Part shown: in pieces, positions 60,586 to 64,000 of the stretch
How the letters are laid out: every line of letters begins with the position of its first letter
Numbering within the stretch: the stretch's first letter is position 1
Source of the DNA: a virus
Strand: one strand, 5' to 3'
Length of the DNA stretch: 64,000 nucleotides
Virus record (IMG/VR): IMGVR_UViG_3300035698_018653
Location: 62,907-126,906 of that record
The notes under the pieces: model-generated
Seen by the model: the letters and a program-made list of their open reading frames with translations, nothing else
Told to the model about the DNA's origin: nothing
The model's database searches: none
Made by a program: the position numbers and the translations under genes

Positions 60586-61620
60586 ATGGCAAAGAAACAG
60601 ATAGTACTTTACATTAAAGACGGAGTTGATTTTAAAGATGGCTTCGTAAAGGGCACCAAATGGGAGGAGGAGAAAGCAAATAGATTTAAGGGAGTGCAGT
60701 GCTGGATTTGTCAGGATGGACGGGTCAAGGGCAGTATGACAGTAGAGAAGGTAACATATGCTGAAGCAGGAGCCGAGATAGACGGTTCTGAAGTTCCCAA
60801 AGCCGGATTTTATCTAGAGGTTGGTGGTGACTTTGTCAAGGCACCTAAGAAGTTTACCGCCAAGAAGTTCTCCGAGATAAAGGTGATGGATATGGCGTCT
60901 AAAATGGGTGCCAATGGAGCTGAGGAAGCAGATGCAGGCGAAGACCAGGAAGATAACGAAGAAACAAAGAAAAAGAGCAGTAAAACCTCTAAAAAGGAGA
61001 AGAAGGTGAATAAGGAAAAAGAAGCGGAAGTCAAGGAAGATGAGGCGGTAGAAGTAGAAGATAAAAAAGAAGATGTAAAGGAAGATGCAGAAGTAAAGGA
61101 TAGTAAAAAAAGCAAAAAAGCTAAGTTGCTTAAATCGCTACAGGGTAAATGCGCAGCCGCAGGGGTTAAGGGCATTAAGGGAAAGAAACCGGCAGAGCTT
61201 CAGGCCATGCTCGATGCGCTTAAGGAAGATAAGCCGAAGTTGAAACCGAAGGACAAGGAAAAAACAAAGGTTAAAAAAGAGAGTGAGAAAAAAGAGACAG
61301 TAACTAAAAAAACTAAAAGTAAAGAGAAAGAATTAAAGGCTGCTGATGGGTTTGATTTTATTGAGGGTTCAAAAAAGAAGCAACGGTATGACAAGAAAAA
61401 TATGAGTGGTGTTGTATTTGATATCGTTAAGGGTATCAAATCAACTACCGTTGAAAAGATTAACGAAAAGATTGCTAAACTTGTCGCAAAGGGCGGCTGT
61501 AAAATAAAAAAGAAAAAGAATTATGACAAAGAAATAAACCGTAGGATATCGTACCTTAAATATACTATTGGTTATGATATTGAATTTAAGGGTGGTAAAA
61601 TAACGAACAATACCAAATAG
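60586..61620 (+). CDS. Lys/Glu-rich low-complexity protein, possibly nucleic-acid-binding
   Basis: Long K/E linker between globular ends; own promoter motif and terminator. Confidence 0.6.
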   Translation: MAKKQIVLYIKDGVDFKDGFVKGTKWEEEKANRFKGVQCWICQDGRVKGSMTVEKVTYAEAGAEIDGSEVPKAGFYLEVGGDFVKAPKKFTAKKFSEIKVMDMASKMGANGAEEADAGEDQEDNEETKKKSSKTSKKEKKVNKEKEAEVKEDEAVEVEDKKEDVKEDAEVKDSKKSKKAKLLKSLQGKCAAAGVKGIKGKKPAELQAMLDALKEDKPKLKPKDKEKTKVKKESEKKETVTKKTKSKEKELKAADGFDFIEGSKKKQRYDKKNMSGVVFDIVKGIKSTTVEKINEKIAKLVAKGGCKIKKKKNYDKEINRRISYLKYTIGYDIEFKGGKITNNTK

Positions 61621-61646
61621 ATTAAAGTGTTGGAGATAATTAAATT

Positions 61647-61692
61647 AGAGGGGTCACAGAGATAATTTTACTCTGTGGCTCCTCTTTTTTTT
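61647..61692 (+). terminator. Intrinsic terminator
   Basis: AGAGGGGTCACAGAG / CTCTGTGGCTCCTCT + T-run. Confidence 0.8.
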
Positions 61693-61946
61693 TATTATAT
61701 AATGGAAAGTGGAATATTAAAAATAGTCCATAAGGACGATAGTGTTGTTATATTGTCAACAATAAAAGAACAAAAGTCAAATTGGGAGAGTGTAACTAGG
61801 CGTAAAAGTATAATAAGAAAAAAAATGAACAAAAAAGATTTTGTTAAATATTGTAAAAAAACTCTAAGTTGGTTTAAATCAGAAGGAAAGATAATTAGCA
61901 GGAAGTTAAACAAAGAAAAAAATATTTTATTGTTTAGGTACGAAAA

Positions 61947-62945
61947 ATGAAAAAACAAAAAGTAATTGCAATATTAGATGGAGACAAAAATAAAAATGTA
62001 AGAAAGAAGTATAAAAAATTTCCCAATTATGCTTTAATGAAAATAAGCTCTTATTACAAAAAGAAAGGGTATGGGGTAGAATGGTATTCTGATTTATTTA
62101 AAGATAAATACGAAAAGGTATTTGCCAGCCAGGTATTTACTTTTTCAGATAAATCGGTTTTAAAAAACAACATGATAAAGGGTGGTACTGGTATTGATAT
62201 GAGCCATAAACTTCCATCCGAAATAGAAAAAATAAATGATCTTGATTATTCTCTTTATCCTGATTTTCCCCATGCTCTTGGAATGCTCACTCGGGGTTGT
62301 ATTAGAAAATGTAAATTTTGTTTTGTTCCAAAAAGGGAAGGTAAGCTTCAGCCCTATAGAGATATTGAACAAATAATAACGAAAGATAGAAGAGAAGTTG
62401 TTTTAATGGATAACAATGTTCTTGCTTCTGATTATGGAATAAAGCAAATAGAAAAAATCGTTAAATTAGGTATAAAAATAGATTTTAATCAGGGAATAGA
62501 TTGTAGGTTAATAGATAATAGTGTTGCTAAGTTATTGTCTAAAGTAAAGTGGTTAAGACCCCTTACTATGGCTTATGATAGCGAAAATCAAAAAGAACAT
62601 GTTTATAGGGCAACTAATTTATTAAGATGGCACAATACAACACCTGGGGTATTTTTTGTTTATATATGTTTTAATGATCTTGATTTGGCATTAGAGAGAG
62701 TAAGGTATCTAAAGGGGTTAAATTTAAAGCCATTTGTTCAACCAGAAATAATGATTGACGGAAATTATCATGAAGGTTTATTGGATGGTTGTGGAAAAAT
62801 AAAGCAAGAGGTGATTTTCTTTAAGAGGTGGGTGAATAATAGATATTCTTTTTATACTGTTCCCTGGGAGGACTTTTCCGTAAAAGAAGCAGCCCAAAGT
62901 TTAAAGAAAGGAAGTAAAAGAAATCAGCGATTATTAATTTTATAA
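61947..62945 (+). CDS. Radical SAM protein
   Basis: TRGCIRKCKFCFVP (CxxxCxxC), PN.ALMKIS, MDNN, DFNQG.D.RL. Confidence 0.9.
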   Translation: MKKQKVIAILDGDKNKNVRKKYKKFPNYALMKISSYYKKKGYGVEWYSDLFKDKYEKVFASQVFTFSDKSVLKNNMIKGGTGIDMSHKLPSEIEKINDLDYSLYPDFPHALGMLTRGCIRKCKFCFVPKREGKLQPYRDIEQIITKDRREVVLMDNNVLASDYGIKQIEKIVKLGIKIDFNQGIDCRLIDNSVAKLLSKVKWLRPLTMAYDSENQKEHVYRATNLLRWHNTTPGVFFVYICFNDLDLALERVRYLKGLNLKPFVQPEIMIDGNYHEGLLDGCGKIKQEVIFFKRWVNNRYSFYTVPWEDFSVKEAAQSLKKGSKRNQRLLIL

Positions 62946-62962
62946 TATTAAGGAGAAAGATA

Positions 62963-64000
62963 ATGAAATTTAGTGTTGAGAAAAACGAATTCACGAGGTT
63001 GTTGAGTAATTTTATTTTTATATTTAATCAAAAATTATCTATGCCGATACTTAGCAACTTGCTTCTTAAGCTGTCTGGAAACAAGCTTGTGGTTACAGCT
63101 ACTGATTTAGAATTAACCATGAAGGGTCAGCTAAAAGTAACTGGCGAGAAAGATGGATCTGTTCTGGTAAGCGCTAAAGGGCTATATGAAATAATAAAAT
63201 CACTTGATGATAAAAAGACAGTTAGTTTGAGTATTGCGGATAAAAATTTAATGATAAAAAGTGGAACGGGTAAATACAGGCTTTCAAAATTTGACAGTAA
63301 AGAATATCCTATAGAGGCAAAAAAGAAAAAGACGAATAATTTGGAATTTGATTTTAAAAGACTAGATAAAATATTTGACAAAAGTATTATTTTTGTTGCA
63401 GATGAATATGACAATAGAAAAGAATTTTCTGGAATTAATTTAAAGACAGAAGAAGATAAAATGTATCTTGCCGGTTGTAATGGAAAGGCATTAATAAAAA
63501 GTACAGTTAAGATAAAAAAAGGGAAAAGTTCTAACATTATAGTTTCTAGGAAAATTATTGATAACTATATGAAGATATCTCAAAACAATAAAATAATGGG
63601 TGTTGACTTGTGTGACGGATTTATATTTTTTAAATTTAAGGCAATAGTATTTTATGGTAGATTATTGTCTGGGGAATATCCAGACTATAATAATGTTATC
63701 CCTAAAGATAATAAAATAAATATAACGATAGATAAAATAAGATTACTTAACGCGCTTAAAAGGGCTTTAATATTTTCTGATGACAGTACTCATCAAATAA
63801 AGGTTGTAATGTATAAAGATAAACTCACTATTAGTGCATATAATCAAGGAGAAATTACTGGCGATAGCGAGGAACATTTAAAGGTTGACTATAGTGGAAA
63901 GCCCTATGAGATAGGATTTAATTGTGGATTTTTAATTAACGTTATCGATAAAGTAGAAAGTGACAATATTAAATTTTCCTTTAATAAGAGCAATGCCGTG
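62963..64000 (+). CDS. dnaN: DNA polymerase III beta sliding clamp (runs off the window end; absent from ORF track)
   Basis: Hand translation: PILSNLLL..ATDLE..G.VLV.AK, RLL.GEYPDY..VIP, IGFN..FL; AAGGAG RBS. Confidence 0.9.
   Translation, partial: MKFSVEKNEFTRLLSNFIFIFNQKLSMPILSNLLLKLSGNKLVVTATDLELTMKGQLKVTGEKDGSVLVSAKGLYEIIKSLDDKKTVSLSIADKNLMIKSGTGKYRLSKFDSKEYPIEAKKKKTNNLEFDFKRLDKIFDKSIIFVADEYDNRKEFSGINLKTEEDKMYLAGCNGKALIKSTVKIKKGKSSNIIVSRKIIDNYMKISQNNKIMGVDLCDGFIFFKFKAIVFYGRLLSGEYPDYNNVIPKDNKINITIDKIRLLNALKRALIFSDDSTHQIKVVMYKDKLTISAYNQGEITGDSEEHLKVDYSGKPYEIGFNCGFLINVIDKVESDNIKFSFNKSNAV

Noticed and set aside
1944-63537. Minus-strand ORFs in the six-frame track
   Set aside because: Nearly all are F/S/L-rich shadows of + strand genes, including 63127-63537 opposite dnaN and 1944-2135 opposite the unlisted 1972 ORF

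Overview
A 64-kb, AT-rich segment of a tailed dsDNA phage with siphovirus-like gene order. Essentially all credible genes are on the + strand and read in the standard code. Layout: small accessory genes (0.1-4 kb); a ~1.2-kb non-coding block that may hold a genome end or packaging site (4-5.2 kb); more accessory genes (5.2-14 kb); then TerL, portal, intein-containing MuF/gp7, ChaB-protease, scaffold, major capsid, a GT4-GT2 glycosyltransferase, connector and tail genes, tape measure, and a large, apparently split tail-tip gene with LamG and beta-helix neighbours (14-46.8 kb). Next come SNF2 helicase, HNH, a degenerate loader, DnaB and primase (47-53.7 kb); an early-like cluster of short genes behind a boxA-containing leader, with tRNA-Arg(UCU) (54.4-60 kb); and sigma-like, Lys-rich, radical SAM and beta-clamp genes at the right edge. 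The most intriguing signal is a possible phage-encoded RNA translational-control layer. An intergenic hairpin (12462-12531) has a loop complementary to the AAGGAGTTAG ribosome-binding site shared by the 54.6-58 kb genes, an Sm/Hfq-fold ORF lies at 15996-16232, and a cis RBS-sequestering switch lies at 49305-49441. Also notable are a shared C-terminal basic-x-LI-hydrophobic tag on five unrelated proteins and an apparent ATT-initiated double-ChaB extension of the prohead protease. All calls come from motif recognition by eye; no database search or folding program was run.
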